From assembly GCF_036321535.1 (NCBI RefSeq), contig NC_087436.1, positions 3,720,001 to 3,784,000 of the forward strand: a stretch of 64,000 nt of DNA, written 5' to 3'. This DNA is from Camelus dromedarius (Eukaryota). The notes beneath the pieces are model-generated. The model was given only the letters and a program-made list of their open reading frames with translations, searched no databases and was not told where the DNA came from. The position numbers and the translations under genes were made by a program. Each line of letters begins with the position of its first letter. The stretch's first letter is position 1. Of the stretch, positions 11,881 through 25,500 are shown in pieces.

Positions 11881-14800
11881 GAACGGGTGGCAGGAGAAAC
11901 TTTTACTCTGGTTTCTCAGTCTGTTTCCTAGTGCCGGTTTGAGTTTCCTGCAGTTTTCACTGTAAAACCGAGTTGGAGCTAGTACCTCCCCATATATATG
12001 TATGGAGTTGAATTGGAAACTGAAAAGAAACTTTGCGTTCCCAACAAGCTAGGTGAAGGACGGCTTTCACACACACTTATCTCTCAGAACTGAGCATGTG
12101 GAGAGACGTTCGTTCATCTAGCACAAATGGAACGGTTTGAAGGAGAAAGTTTTACTCTGGTTTCTCAGTCTGTTTCCTAGTGCCGGTATGAAGTTCCTGA
12201 AACTTTCACTGTAAAACCGAGTTGGAGCTAAAACCTCCACATATATAGGTATGGATTGGAGTTTGCAACTGAAAGGAAACTTTGTGTTCCCAACAAGCTA
12301 GGTGAAGGAAGGCTTTCACACACACCTATCTCTCAGAACTGAGTATGTGGAGAGACTTTCATTCATCTATCACAAAGGGAATGGATTGCAGGAGAAAATT
12401 AACTCTGGTTTCTCAGAGTGTTTCCTAGTGCCTGTTGGGAGATCCTGCAGTTTTCACTGTAAAACCGAGTTGGAGCTAGTACTTCCCCATATATGTTTAT
12501 GGAGTGGTGTTTGCAAGTGAAAACAAACTTTGTGTTCCCAACAAGCTAGGTGAAGGACGGCTTTCACACACACTTATCTCTCAGAACTGAGCATGTGGAG
12601 GGACTTTCGTTCATCTAGCACAAAGGGAACGGGTTGCAGGGGAAAATTTTACTCTGGTTTCTCAGTCTGTTTCCTAGTGCCGTTTTAAAGTTCCTGCAGT
12701 TTTCACTGTAAAACAGAGTTGGAGCTAGTACCTACCCATATATATGTATGGAGTGGAGTTTACAACTGAAAAGAAACTTTGTGTTCCCTACAAGCTAGGT
12801 GAATGACGGCTTTCACACCCACTTATCTCTCAGAACTGAGCATGTGGAGAGACGTTCGTTCATCTAGCACAAAGGGAACGGTTTGCAGGAGAAACTTTTA
12901 CTCTGGTTTCTGAGTCTGTTTCCTAGTGCCGGTTTGAAGTTCCTGCAGTTTTCACTGTAAAACCGTGTTGGAGCTAGTACCTCCCCATATATATGTATGG
13001 AGTGGAGTTTGCAACTGAAAAGAAACTTTGTGTTCCCAACAAGCTAGGTGAAGGACGGCTTTCACACACACTTATCTCTCAGAACTGAGCATGTGGAGAG
13101 ACGTTCGTTCATCTAGCACAAAGGGAACGGTTTGCAGGAGAAACTTTTACTCTGGTTTCTCAGTCTGTTTCCTAGAGCCGGTTGGATGTTCCTACATTTT
13201 TCCGTGTAAAACCGAGTTGGAGCTAGTATCTCCCCATATATATGTATGGAGTGGAGTTTGCAAGTGAAAAGAAACTTTGTGTTCCCAACAAGCTAGGTGA
13301 AGGACGGGTTTCACACACACATATCTCTCAGAACTGAGCATGTGGAGAGACATTCGTTCATCTAGCACAAAGGGAACGGGTGGCAGGAGAAACTTTTCCT
13401 CTGGTTTCTCAGTCTGTTTCCAAGTGCCGGTTTGAAGTTCCTGCAGTTTTCACTGTAAAACCGAGTTGGAGCTTGTACCTCCCCATATATATGTATGGAG
13501 TGGATTTGGCAACTGAAAAGAAACTTTGTGTTCCCAACAAGCAAGGTGAAGGACGGCTTTCACACACACTTATCTCTCAGAACTGAGCATGTGGAGAGAC
13601 GTACGTTCATCTAGCACAAAGGGAACGGGTTGCAGGAGAAACTTTTACTCTGGTTTCTCAGTGTGTTTCCTAGAGCCGGTTGGAAGTTAGTGCAATTTTC
13701 AGTGTAAAACCGAGTTGGAGCTTGTACCTCCCCATATATATGTATGGAGTGGAGTTTGCAAGTGAAAAGAAACTTTGTTTTCAAAACAAGCTACGTGAAG
13801 CACGGCTTTCACACACAATTATCTCTCAGAACTGAGCATGTGGAGAGACGTTCTTTCATCTAGCAGAAAGGGAACGGGTTGCAGGAGAAACTTTTCCTCT
13901 GGTTTCTCAGTCTGTTTCCTAGTGCCGGTTTGAAGTTCCTGCAATTATCACTGTAAAACCGAGTTGAAGCTAGTACCTCGCCATATATATGTATGGAGTG
14001 GAGTTTGCAACTGAAAAGAAACTTTGTGTTCCCAACAAGCTAGGTGAAGTGCGGCTTTCACACCCACTTATCTCTCAGAACTGAGCATGTGGAGAGACGT
14101 TCGTTCATCTAGCACAAAGGGAAGAGTTTGCAGGAGAAACTTTTACTCTGGTTTCTCAGTCTTTTTCCTACTGCCGGGTTGATGTTCCTGCAGTTTTCAC
14201 TGTAAAAAAGAGTTGGAGCTATTACCTCCCCATATATATGTATGGAGTGGTGTTTGCAACTGAAAAGATACTTTGTGTTCCCAACAAGCTAGGTGAAGGA
14301 CGGCTTTCACACACACATATCTCTCTGAACTGAGCATGTGGAGAGACGTTCGTTCATCTAGCAGAAAGGGAACAGGTTGCAGGAGAAACTTTTTCTCTGG
14401 TTTCTAAGTCTATTTCCTACTGCCGGTTTGAATTTCCTGCAGTTTTCACTGTAAAACCGAGTTGGAGCTAGTGCCTCAGCATATATATGTATGGAGTGGA
14501 GTTTGCAACTGAAAAGAAACTTTGTGTTCAAACAAGATAGGTGAAGGACGGCTTTCACACACACATATCTCTCAGAACAGAGCATCTGGGGAGACGTTCG
14601 TTCATCTAGCACAAAGGGAACGGGTTGCAGGTGAAACTTTTATTCTGGTTTCTCAGTCTGTTTCCTAGTGCCGGTTTGAAGTTCCTGCAGTTTTCACTGT
14701 AAAACCGAGTTGGAGCTAGTACCTCCCCTTATATATGTATGGAGTGGTGTTTGCAAGTGAAAAGAAACTTTGTGTTCCCAACAAGCTAGGTGAAGGACGG

Positions 14801-17800
14801 CTTTCACACACACTTATCTCACAGAACTAATCATGTGGAGAGACGTTCGTTAATCTAGCACAAAGGGAATGTTTTGCAGGAGAAACTTTTTCTCTGGTTT
14901 CTCAGTCTTTTTCCTTGTGCCTGATTGAAGTTCCTGCAGTTTTCCCTGTAAAACCGAGTTGGAGCTAGTACCTCCCCTTATATATGTATGGAGTGGAATT
15001 TGCAAGTGAAAAGAAACTTTGTGTTCCCAACAAGAAATGTGAAGTACGGATTTCACACACACTTATCTCTCAGAACTGAGCATGTGGAGAGACGTTCGTT
15101 CATCTAGCACAAAGGGAACGGGTTGCAGGAGAAACTTTTACTCTGGTTTCTAAGTCTGTTTCCTAGTGCCGGTTTGAAGTTCCTGCAGTTTTCACTGTAA
15201 AAACTAGTTGGAGCTAGTACCTCCCCCTATATATGTATGGAGTGGAGTTTGCAAATGAAAATAAACTTTGTATTCCCAACAACATAGGTGAAGGACGGCT
15301 TTCACACACTAATATCTCTCAGAACTGAGCATGTGGAGAGACGTTCGTTCATCTAGCACAAATGGAAAGGGTTGCAGGAGAAACTTTTACACTGGTTTCA
15401 CACTCAGTTTCCTAGTGCCGGTTTGAAGTTCCTCCAGTTTTCACTGTAAAACAGAGTTGGAGCTAGTACCTCCCCTTATATATGTATGGAGTGGTGTTTG
15501 CAACTAAAAAGATACTTTGTGTTCCCAACAAGCTAGTTAAAGGACGGCTTTCACCCACACATATATCTCAGAACTGAGCATGTGGAGAGACGTTCGTTCA
15601 TCTAGCACAAATGGAACTGGTTGCAGGAGGTAACTTTTACTCTGGTTTCTCAGTCTGTTTCCTAGTGCCGGTTTGAAGTTCCTGCAGTTTTCACTGTAAA
15701 ACCGAGTTGGAGCTAGTACATCCCCTTAAATATGTATGCAGTGGTGTTTGCAAGTGAACAGAAACTTTGTTTTCCCAAAAAGCTAGGTGAAGGACGGCTT
15801 TCACACACACTTATCACTCAGAACTGAGCATGTGCAGAGACGTTCGTTCATCTAGCACAAAAGGAACGGGTTGCAGGAGAAAATTTTACTCTGGTTTCTC
15901 AGTATGTTTCCTAGTGCCGGTTTGAAGTTCCTGCAGTTTACACTGTAAAACGCAGTTGGAGATAATACCTCCCCATATATATGTATGGAGTGGAGTTTGC
16001 AAGTGAAAAGAAACTTTGTGTTCCCAACAAGCTAGGTGAAGGACGGCTTTCACACACAATTATCTCTCAGAATGAGCATGTGGAGAGACGTTCGTTCATC
16101 TAGCACAAATGGAACGGGTTGCAGGGGAAACTTTTCCTCTGGTTTCTCAGTCTGTTTCCTAGTGCCGGTTTGATGTTCCTGCAGTTTTCACTGTAAAACC
16201 GAGTTGGAGCTAGTACCTCCCCATATATATGTATGGAGTGGAAATTGCAACTGAAAAGAAACTTTGTGTTCCCAACAAGCTAGGTGAAGGACGGCTTTCA
16301 CACACACATATCTCTCAGAACTGAGCATGTGGAGAGACGTTCGTTCATCTAGCACAAAGGGAAAGGGTTGCAGCAGAAACTTTTACTCTGTTTTCTCAGT
16401 CTTTTTCCTAGTGCCGGTTTGAAGTTCCTGCAGTTTTCACTGTAAAACCGAGTTGGAGCTAGTACCTCCCCATATATATGTATGGAGTGGAATTTGCAAG
16501 TGAAAAGGAATTTTGTGTTCCCAACAAGCTAGGTGAAGGACGGTTTCACACACACTTACCTCTCAGAACTGAGCATGTGGAGAGACGTTCGTTCATCTAG
16601 CACAAAGGGAACGGGATGCAGGAGAAACATTTACTCAGGTTTCTCAGTCTGTTTCCTAGTGCCGGTTTGAAGTTCCTGCAGTTTTCACTGTAAAACCGAG
16701 TTAGAGCTTGTACCTCCCCATATATATGTATGGAGTGGTGTTTGCAACTAAAAAGAATCTTGGTGTTCCCAACAAGCTAGTTGAAGGACGGCTTTCACAC
16801 ACACATATCTCTCAGAACTGAGCATGTGGAGAAACGTTCGTTCATCTAGCACAAACGGAAAGGTTTGCAGCAGAAACTTATACCATGGTTTCTCAGTCTT
16901 TTTCCTAGTGCCGGTTTGAATTTCCTGCAGTTTTCACTGTAAAACCGAGTTGGAGCTAGTACCTCCCCATATATATGTATGGAGTGGAATTGGCAACTGA
17001 AAAGAAACTTTGCGTTCCCAACAAGCTAGGTGAAGGACGGCTTTCACACACACTTATCTCTCAGAACTGAGCATGTGGAGAGACGTTCGTTCATCTAGCA
17101 CAAATGGAACGGGTTGAAGGAGAAACTTTTACTCTGTTTTCTCAGTCTGTTTCCTAGTGCCGGTATGAAGTTCCTAAAACTTTCACTGTAAAACAGAGTT
17201 GGATCTAGAACCTCCACATATATAGGTATGGAGTGGAGTTTGCAACTGAAAAGAAACTTTGTGTTCCCAACAAGCTAGGTGAAGGACGGCTTTCACACAC
17301 ACTTATCTCTCAGAACTGAGCATGTGGAGAGACGTTCGTTCATCTAGCACAAAAGGAAAGGTTTGCAGCAGAAACTTTTACTCTGGTTTCTCAGTCTGTT
17401 TCCTAGTGCCGGTTTGAAGTTCCTGCAGTTTTCATTGTAAAACAGATTTGGAGCTAGGACCTCCCATTATATATGTATGGAGTGGAGTTTGCAACTGAAA
17501 AGAAACTTTGTGTTCCCAACAAGCAAGGTGAAAGACGGCTTTCACTCACACTTAACTCTCAGAACTGAGCATGTGGAGAGACGTTCGTTCATCTACCACA
17601 AAGGGAACGGGTTGCAGGGGAAACTTTTTCTCTGGTCTCTCAGTCTGTTTCCTAGTGCCGGTTTGAAGTTCCTGAAGTTTTCACTGAAAAACCGAGTTGG
17701 ATCTAGTACCTCGCCATATATATGTATGGAGTGGAGTTTGCAAGTGAAAAGAAACTTTGTGTTCCCAACAAGCTAGGTGAAGGACGGCTTCCACACACAC

Positions 17801-20800
17801 TTATCTCTCAGAACTGAGCATGTGGAGAGACGTTCGTTCATCTAGCACAAAGGGAACGGTTTGCAGGAGAAACTTTTACTCTGGTTTCTCAGTCTGTTTC
17901 CTAGTGCCGGTTTGAATTTCCTGCAGTTTTCACTGTAAAACCGAGTTGGAGCTAGTACCTCCCCATATATATGTATGGAGTGGAATTGGAAACTGAAAAG
18001 AAACTTTGCGTTCCCAACAAGCTAGGTGAAGGACGGCTTTCACACACACTTATCTCTCAGAACTGAGCATGTGGAGAGACGTTCGTTCATCTAGCACAAA
18101 TGGAACGGGTTGAAGGAGAAAGTTTTACTCTGGTTTCTCAGTCTGTTTCCTAGTGCCGGTATGAAGTTCCTGAAACTTTCAGTGTAAAACCGAGTTGGAG
18201 CTAAAACCTCCACATATATAGGTATGGATTGGAGTTTGCAACTGAAAGGAAACTTTGTGTTCCCAACAAGCTATGTGAAGGACGGCTTTCACACACACTT
18301 ATCTCTCAGAACTGAGTATGTGGAGAGACTTTCATTCATCTATCACAAAGGGAATGGATTGCAGGAGAAAATTTACTCTGGTTTCTCAGAGTGTTTCCTA
18401 GTGCCTGTTGGGAGATCCTGCAGTTTTCACTGTAAAACCGAGTTGGAGCTAGTACCTCCCCATATATATTTATGGAGTGGGGTTTGCAAGTGAAAACAAA
18501 CTTTGTGTTCCCAAAAAGCAAGGTGAAGGACGGCTTTCACACACAGTTATCTCTCAGAACTGAGCATGTGGAGGGACTTTCGTTCATCTAGCACAAAGGG
18601 AATGGGTTGCAGGGGAAACTTTTACTCTGGTTTCTCAGTCTGTTTCCTAGTGCCGTTTTAAAGTTCCTGCAGTTTCACTGTAAAACAGAGTTGGAGCTAG
18701 TACCTACCCATATATATGTATGGAGTGGAGTTTACAACTGAAAAGAAACTTTGTGTTCCCTACAAGCTAGGTGAATGATGGCTTTCACACCCACTTATCT
18801 CTCAGAACTGAGCATGTGTAGAGACGTTCGTTCATCTAGCACAAAGGGAACGGTTTGCAGGAGAAACTTTTACTCTGGTTTCTGAGTCTGTTTCCTAGTG
18901 CCGGTTTGAAGTTCCTGCAGTTTTCACTGTAAAACCGTGTTGGAGCTAGTACCTCCCCATATATATGTATGGAGTGGAGTTTGCAACTGAAAAGAAACTT
19001 TGTGTTCCCAACAAGCTAGGTGAAGGACGGCTTTCACACACACTTATCTCTCAGAACTGAGCATGTGGAGAGACGTTCGTTCATCTAGCACAAAGGGAAC
19101 GGTTTGCAGGAGAAACTTTTACTCTGGTTTCTCAGTCTGTTTCCTAGAGCCGGTTGGATGTTCCTACATTTTTCCGTGTAAAACCGAGTTGGAGCTAGTA
19201 TCTCCCCATATATATGTATGGAGTGGAGTTTGCAAGTGAAAAGAAACTTTGTGTTCCCAACAAGCTAGGTGAAGGACGGGTTTCACACACACATATCTCT
19301 CAGAACTGAGCATGTGGAGAGACATTCGTTCATCTAGCACAAAGGGAACGGGTGGCAGGAGAAACTTTTCCTCTGGTTTCTCAGTCTGTTTCCAAGTGCC
19401 GGTTTGAAGTTCCTGCAGTTTTCACTGTAAAACCGAGTTGGAGCTTGTACCTCCCCATATATATGTATGGAGTGGATTTGGCAACTGAAAAGAAACTTTG
19501 TGTTCCCAACAAGCAAGGTGAAGGACGGCTTTCACACACACTTATCTCTCAGAACTGAGCATGTGGAGAGACGTACGTTCATCTAGCACAAAGGGAACGG
19601 GTTGCAGGAGAAACTTTTACTCTGGTTTCTCAGTGTGTTTCCTAGAGCCGGTTGGAAGTTAGTGCACTTTTCAGTGTAAAACCGAGTTGGAGCTTGTACC
19701 TCCCCATATATATGTATGGAGTGGAGTTTGCAAGTGAAAAGAAACTTTGTTTTCAAAACAAGCTACGTGAAGCACGGCTTTCACACACAATTATCTCTCA
19801 GAACTGAGCATGTGGAGAGACGTTCTTTCATCTAGCAGAAAGGGAACGGGTTGCAGGAGAAACTTTTCCTCTGGTTTCTCAGTCTGTTTCCTAGTGCCGG
19901 TTTGAAGTTCCTGCAATTATCACTGTAAAACCGAGTTGAAGCTAGTACCTCGCCATATATATGTATGGAGTGGAGTTTGCAACTGAAAAGAAACTTTGTG
20001 TTCCCAAAAAGCTAGGTGAAGTGCGGCTTTCACACCCACTTATCTCTCAGAACTGAGCATGTGGAGAGACGTTCGTTCATCTAGCACAAAGGGAAGAGTT
20101 TGCAGGAGAAACTTTTACTCTGGTTTCTCAGTCTTTTTCCTACTGCCGGGTTGATGTTCCTGCAGTTTTCACTGTAAAAAAGAGTTGGAGCTATTACCTC
20201 CCCATATATATGTATGGAGTGGTGTTTGCAACTGAAAAGATACTTTGTGTTCCCAACAAGCTAGGTGAAGGACGGCTTTCACACACACATATCTCTCTGA
20301 ACTGAGCATGTGGAGAGACGTTCGTTCATCTAGCAGAAAGGGAACAGGTTGCAGGAGAAACTTTTTCTCTGGTTTCTAAGTCTATTTCCTACTGCCGGTT
20401 TGAATTTCCTGCAGTTTTCACTGTAAAACCGAGTTGGAGCTAGTGCCTCAGCATATATATGTATGGAGTGGAGTTTGCAACTGAAAAGAAACTTTGTGTT
20501 CAAAAAAGATAGGTGAAGGACGGCTTTCACACACACATATCTCTCAGAACAGAGCATCTGGGGAGACGTTCGTTCATCTAGCACAAAGGGAACGGGTTGC
20601 AGGTGAAACTTTTATTCTGGTTTCTCAGTCTGTTTCCTAGTGCCGGTTTGAAGTTCCTGCAGTTTTCACTGTAAAACCGAGTTGGAGCTAGTACCTCCCC
20701 TTATATATGTATGGAGTGGTGTTTGCAAGTGAAAAGAAACTTTGTGTTCCCAACAAGCTAGGTGAAGGACGGCTTTCACACACACTTATCTCACAGAACT

Positions 20801-23800
20801 AATCATGTGGAGAGACGTTCGTTAATCTAGCACAAAGGGAATGTTTTGCAGGAGAAACTTTTTCTCTGGTTTCTCAGTCTTTTTCCTTGTGCCTGATTGA
20901 AGTTCCTGCAGTTTTCCCTGTAAAACCGAGTTGGAGCTAGTACCTCCCCTTATATATGTATGGAGTGGAATTTGCAAGTGAAAAGAAACTTTGTGTTCCC
21001 AACAAGAAATGTGAAGTACGGATTTCACACACACTTATCTCTCAGAACTGAGCATGTGGAGAGACGTTCGTTCATCTAGCACAAAGGGAACGGGTTGCAG
21101 GAGAAACTTTTACTCTGGTTTCTAAGTCTGTTTCCTAGTGCCGGTTTGAAGTTCCTGCAGTTTTCACTGTAAAAACTAGTTGGAGCTAGTACCTCCCCCT
21201 ATATATGTATGGAGTGGAGTTTGCAAATGAAAATAAACTTTGTATTCCCAACAACATAGGTGAAGGACGGCTTTCACACACTAATATCTCTCAGAACTGA
21301 GCATGTGGAGAGACGTTCGTTCATCTAGCACAAATGGAAAGGGTTGCAGGAGAAACTTTTACACTGGTTTCTCACTCAGTTTCCTAGTGCCGGTTTGAAG
21401 TTCCTCCAGTTTTCACTGTAAAACAGAGTTGGAGCTAGTACCTCCCCTTATATATGTATGGAGTGGTGTTTGCAACTAAAAAGATACTTTGTGTTCCCAA
21501 CAAGCTAGTTAAAGGACGGCTTTCACCCACACATATATCTCAGAACTGAGCATGTGGAGAGACGTTCGTTCATCTAGCACAAATGGAACTGGTTGCAGGA
21601 GGTAACTTTTACTCTGGTTTCTCAGTCTGTTTCCTAGTGCCGGTTTGAAGTTCCTGCAGTTTTCACTGTAAAACCGAGTTGGAGCTAGTACATCCCCTTA
21701 AATATGTATGCAGTGGTGTTTGCAAGTGAACAGAAACTTTGTTTTCCCAAAAAGCTAGGTGAAGGACGGCTTTCACACACACTTATCACTCAGAACTGAG
21801 CATGTGCAGAGACGTTCGTTCATCTAGCACAAAAGGAACGGGTTGCAGGAGAAAATTTTACTCTGGTTTCTCAGTATGTTTCCTAGTGCCGGTTTGAAGT
21901 TCCTGCAGTTTACACTGTAAAACGCAGTTGGAGATATTACCTCCCCATATATATGTATGGAGTGGAGTTTGCAAGTGAAAAGAAACTTTGTGTTCCCAAC
22001 AAGCTAGGTGAAGGACGGCTTTCACACACAATTATCTCTCAGAATGAGCATGTGGAGAGACGTTCGTTCATCTAGCACAAATGGAACGGGTTGCAGGGGA
22101 AACTTTTCCTCTGGTTTCTCAGTCTGTTTCCTAGTGCCGGTTTGATGTTCCTGCAGTTTTCACTGTAAAACCGAGTTGGAGCTAGTACCTCCCCATATAT
22201 ATGTATGGAGTGGAAATTGCAACTGAAAAGAAACTTTGTGTTCCCAACAAGCTAGGTGAAGGACGGCTTTCACACACACATATCTCTCAGAACTGAGCAT
22301 GTGGAGAGACGTTCGTTCATCTAGCACAAAGGGAAAGGGTTGCAGCAGAAACTTTTACTCTGTTTTCTCAGTCTTTTTCCTAGTGCCGGTTTGAAGTTCC
22401 TGCAGTTTTCACTGTAAAACCGAGTTGGAGCTAGTACCTCCCCATATATATGTATGGAGTGGAATTTGCAAGTGAAAAGGAATTTTGTGTTCCCAACAAG
22501 CTAGGTGAAGGACGGTTTCACACACACTTACCTCTCAGAACTGAGCATGTGGAGAGACGTTCGTTCATCTAGCACAAAGGGAACGGGATGCAGGAGAAAC
22601 ATTTACTCAGGTTTCTCAGTCTGTTTCCTAGTGCCGGTTTGAAGTTCCTGCAGTTTTCACTGTAAAACCGAGTTAGAGCTTGTACCTCCCCATATATATG
22701 TATGGAGTGGTGTTTGCAACTAAAAAGAATCTTGGTGTTCCCAACAAGCTAGTTGAAGGACGGCTTTCACACACACATATCTCTCAGAACTGAGCATGTG
22801 GAGAAACGTTCGTTCATCTAGCACAAACGGAAAGGTTTGCAGCAGAAACTTATACCATGGTTTCTCAGTCTTTTTCCTAGTGCCGGTTTGAATTTCCTGC
22901 AGTTTTCACTGTAAAACCGAGTTGGAGCTAGTACCTCCCCATATATATGTATGGAGTGGAATTGGCAACTGAAAAGAAACTTTGCGTTCCCAACAAGCTA
23001 GGTGAAGGACGGCTTTCACACACACTTATCTCTCAGAACTGAGCATGTGGAGAGACGTTCGTTCATCTAGCACAAATGGAACGGGTTGAAGGAGAAACTT
23101 TTACTCTGTTTTCTCAGTCTGTTTCCTAGTGCCGGTATGAAGTTCCTAAAACTTTCACTGTAAAACAGAGTTGGAGCTAGAACCTCCACATATATAGGTA
23201 TGGAGTGGAGTTTGCAACTGAAAAGAAACTTTGTGTTCCCAACAAGCTAGGTGAAGGACGGCTTTCACACACACTTATCTCTCAGAACTGAGCATGTGGA
23301 GAGACGTTCGTTCATCTAGCACAAAAGGAAAGGTTTGCAGCAGAAACTTTTACTCTGGTTTCTCAGTCTGTTTCCTAGTGCCGGTTTGAAGTTCCTGCAG
23401 TTTTCATTGTAAAACAGATTTGGAGCTAGGACCTCCCATTATATATGTATGGAGTGGAGTTTGCAACTGAAAAGAAACTTTGTGTTCCCAACAAGCAAGG
23501 TGAAAGACGGCTTTCACTCACACTTAACTCTCAGAACTGAGCATGTGGAGAGACGTTCGTTCATCTACCACAAAGGGAACGGGTTGCAGGGGAAACTTTT
23601 TCTCTGGTCTCTCAGTCTGTTTCCTAGTGCCGGTTTGAAGATCCTGAAGTTTTCACTGAAAAACCGAGTTGGATCTAGTACCTCGCCATATATATGTATG
23701 GAGTGGAGTTTGCAAGTGAAAAGAAACTTTGTGTTCCCAACAAGCTAGGTGAAGGACGGCTTCCACACACACTTATCTCTCAGAACTGAGCATGTGGAGA

Positions 23801-25500
23801 GACGTTCGTTCATCTAGCACAAAGGGAACGGTTTGCAGGAGAAACTTTTACTCTGGTTTCTCAGTCTGTTTCCTAGTGCCGGTTTGAATTTCCTGCAGTT
23901 TTCACTGTAAAACCGAGTTGGAGCTAGTACCTCCCCATATATATGTATGGAGTGGAATTGGAAACTGAAAAGAAACTTTGCGTTCCCAACAAGCTAGGTG
24001 AAGGACGGCTTTCACACACACTTATCTCTCAGAACTGAGCATGTGGAGAGACGTTCGTTCATCTAGCACAAATGGAACGGGTTGAAGGAGAAAGTTTTAC
24101 TCTGGTTTCTCAGTCTGTTTCCTAGTGCCGGTATGAAGTTCCTGAAACTTTCAGTGTAAAACCGAGTTGGAGCTAAAACCTCCACATATATAGGTATGGA
24201 TTGGAGTTTGCAACTGAAAGGAAACTTTGTGTTCCCAACAAGCTATGTGAAGGACGGCTTTCACACACACTTATCTCTCAGAACTGAGTATGTGGAGAGA
24301 CTTTCATTCATCTATCACAAAGGGAATGGATTGCAGGAGAAAATTTACTCTGGTTTCTCAGAGTGTTTCCTAGTGCCTGTTGGGAGATCCTGCAGTTTTC
24401 ACTGTAAAACCGAGTTGGAGCTAGTACCTCCCCATATATATTTATGGAGTGGGGTTTGCAAGTGAAAACAAACTTTGTGTTCCCAAAAAGCAAGGTGAAG
24501 GACGGCTTTCACACACAGTTATCTCTCAGAACTGAGCATGTGGAGGGACTTTCGTTCATCTAGCACAAAGGGAATGGGTTGCAGGGGAAACTTTTACTCT
24601 GGTTTCTCAGTCTGTTTCCTAGTGCCGTTTTAAAGTTCCTGCAGTTTCACTGTAAAACAGAGTTGGAGCTAGTACCTACCCATATATATGTATGGAGTGG
24701 AGTTTACAACTGAAAAGAAACTTTGTGTTCCCTACAAGCTAGGTGAATGATGGCTTTCACACCCACTTATCTCTCAGAACTGAGCATGTGTAGAGACGTT
24801 CGTTCATCTAGCACAAAGGGAACGGTTTGCAGGAGAAACTTTTACTCTGGTTTCTGAGTCTGTTTCCTAGTGCCGGTTTGAAGTTCCTGCAGTTTTCACT
24901 GTAAAACCGTGTTGGAGCTAGTACCTCCCCATATATATGTATGGAGTGGAGTTTGCAACTGAAAAGAAACTTTGTGTTCCCAACAAGCTAGGTGAAGGAC
25001 GGCTTTCACACACACTTATCTCTCAGAACTGAGCATGTGGAGAGACGTTCGTTCATCTAGCACAAAGGGAACGGTTTGCAGGAGAAACTTTTACTCTGGT
25101 TTCTCAGTCTGTTTCCTAGAGCCGGTTGGATGTTCCTACATTTTTCCGTGTAAAACCGAGTTGGAGCTAGTATCTCCCCATATATATGTATGGAGTGGAG
25201 TTTGCAAGTGAAAAGAATCTTTGTGTTCCCAACAAGCTAGGTGAAGGACGGGTTTCACACACACATATCTCTCAGAAATGAGCATGTGGAGAGACATTCG
25301 TTCATCTAGCACAAAGGGAACGGGTGGCAGGAGAAACTTTTCCTCTGGTTTCTCAGTCTGTTTCCAAGTGCCGGTTTGAAGTTCCTGCAGTTTTCACTGT
25401 AAAACCGAGTTGGAGCTTGTACCTCCCCATATATATGTATGGAGTGGATTTGGCAACTGAAAAGAAACTTTGTGTTCCCAACAAGCAAGGTGAAGGACGG
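10931..25500. repeat. 24-monomer HOR (5972-5973 bp), ~2.4 copies, family 1
   Basis: The J subtype starts at 10931, 16904 and 22876. ORF markers are at 11504/17477/23449, 13362/19334/25306, 14358/20330 and 14850/20822. I counted 24 distinct subtypes per unit. Confidence 0.93.
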
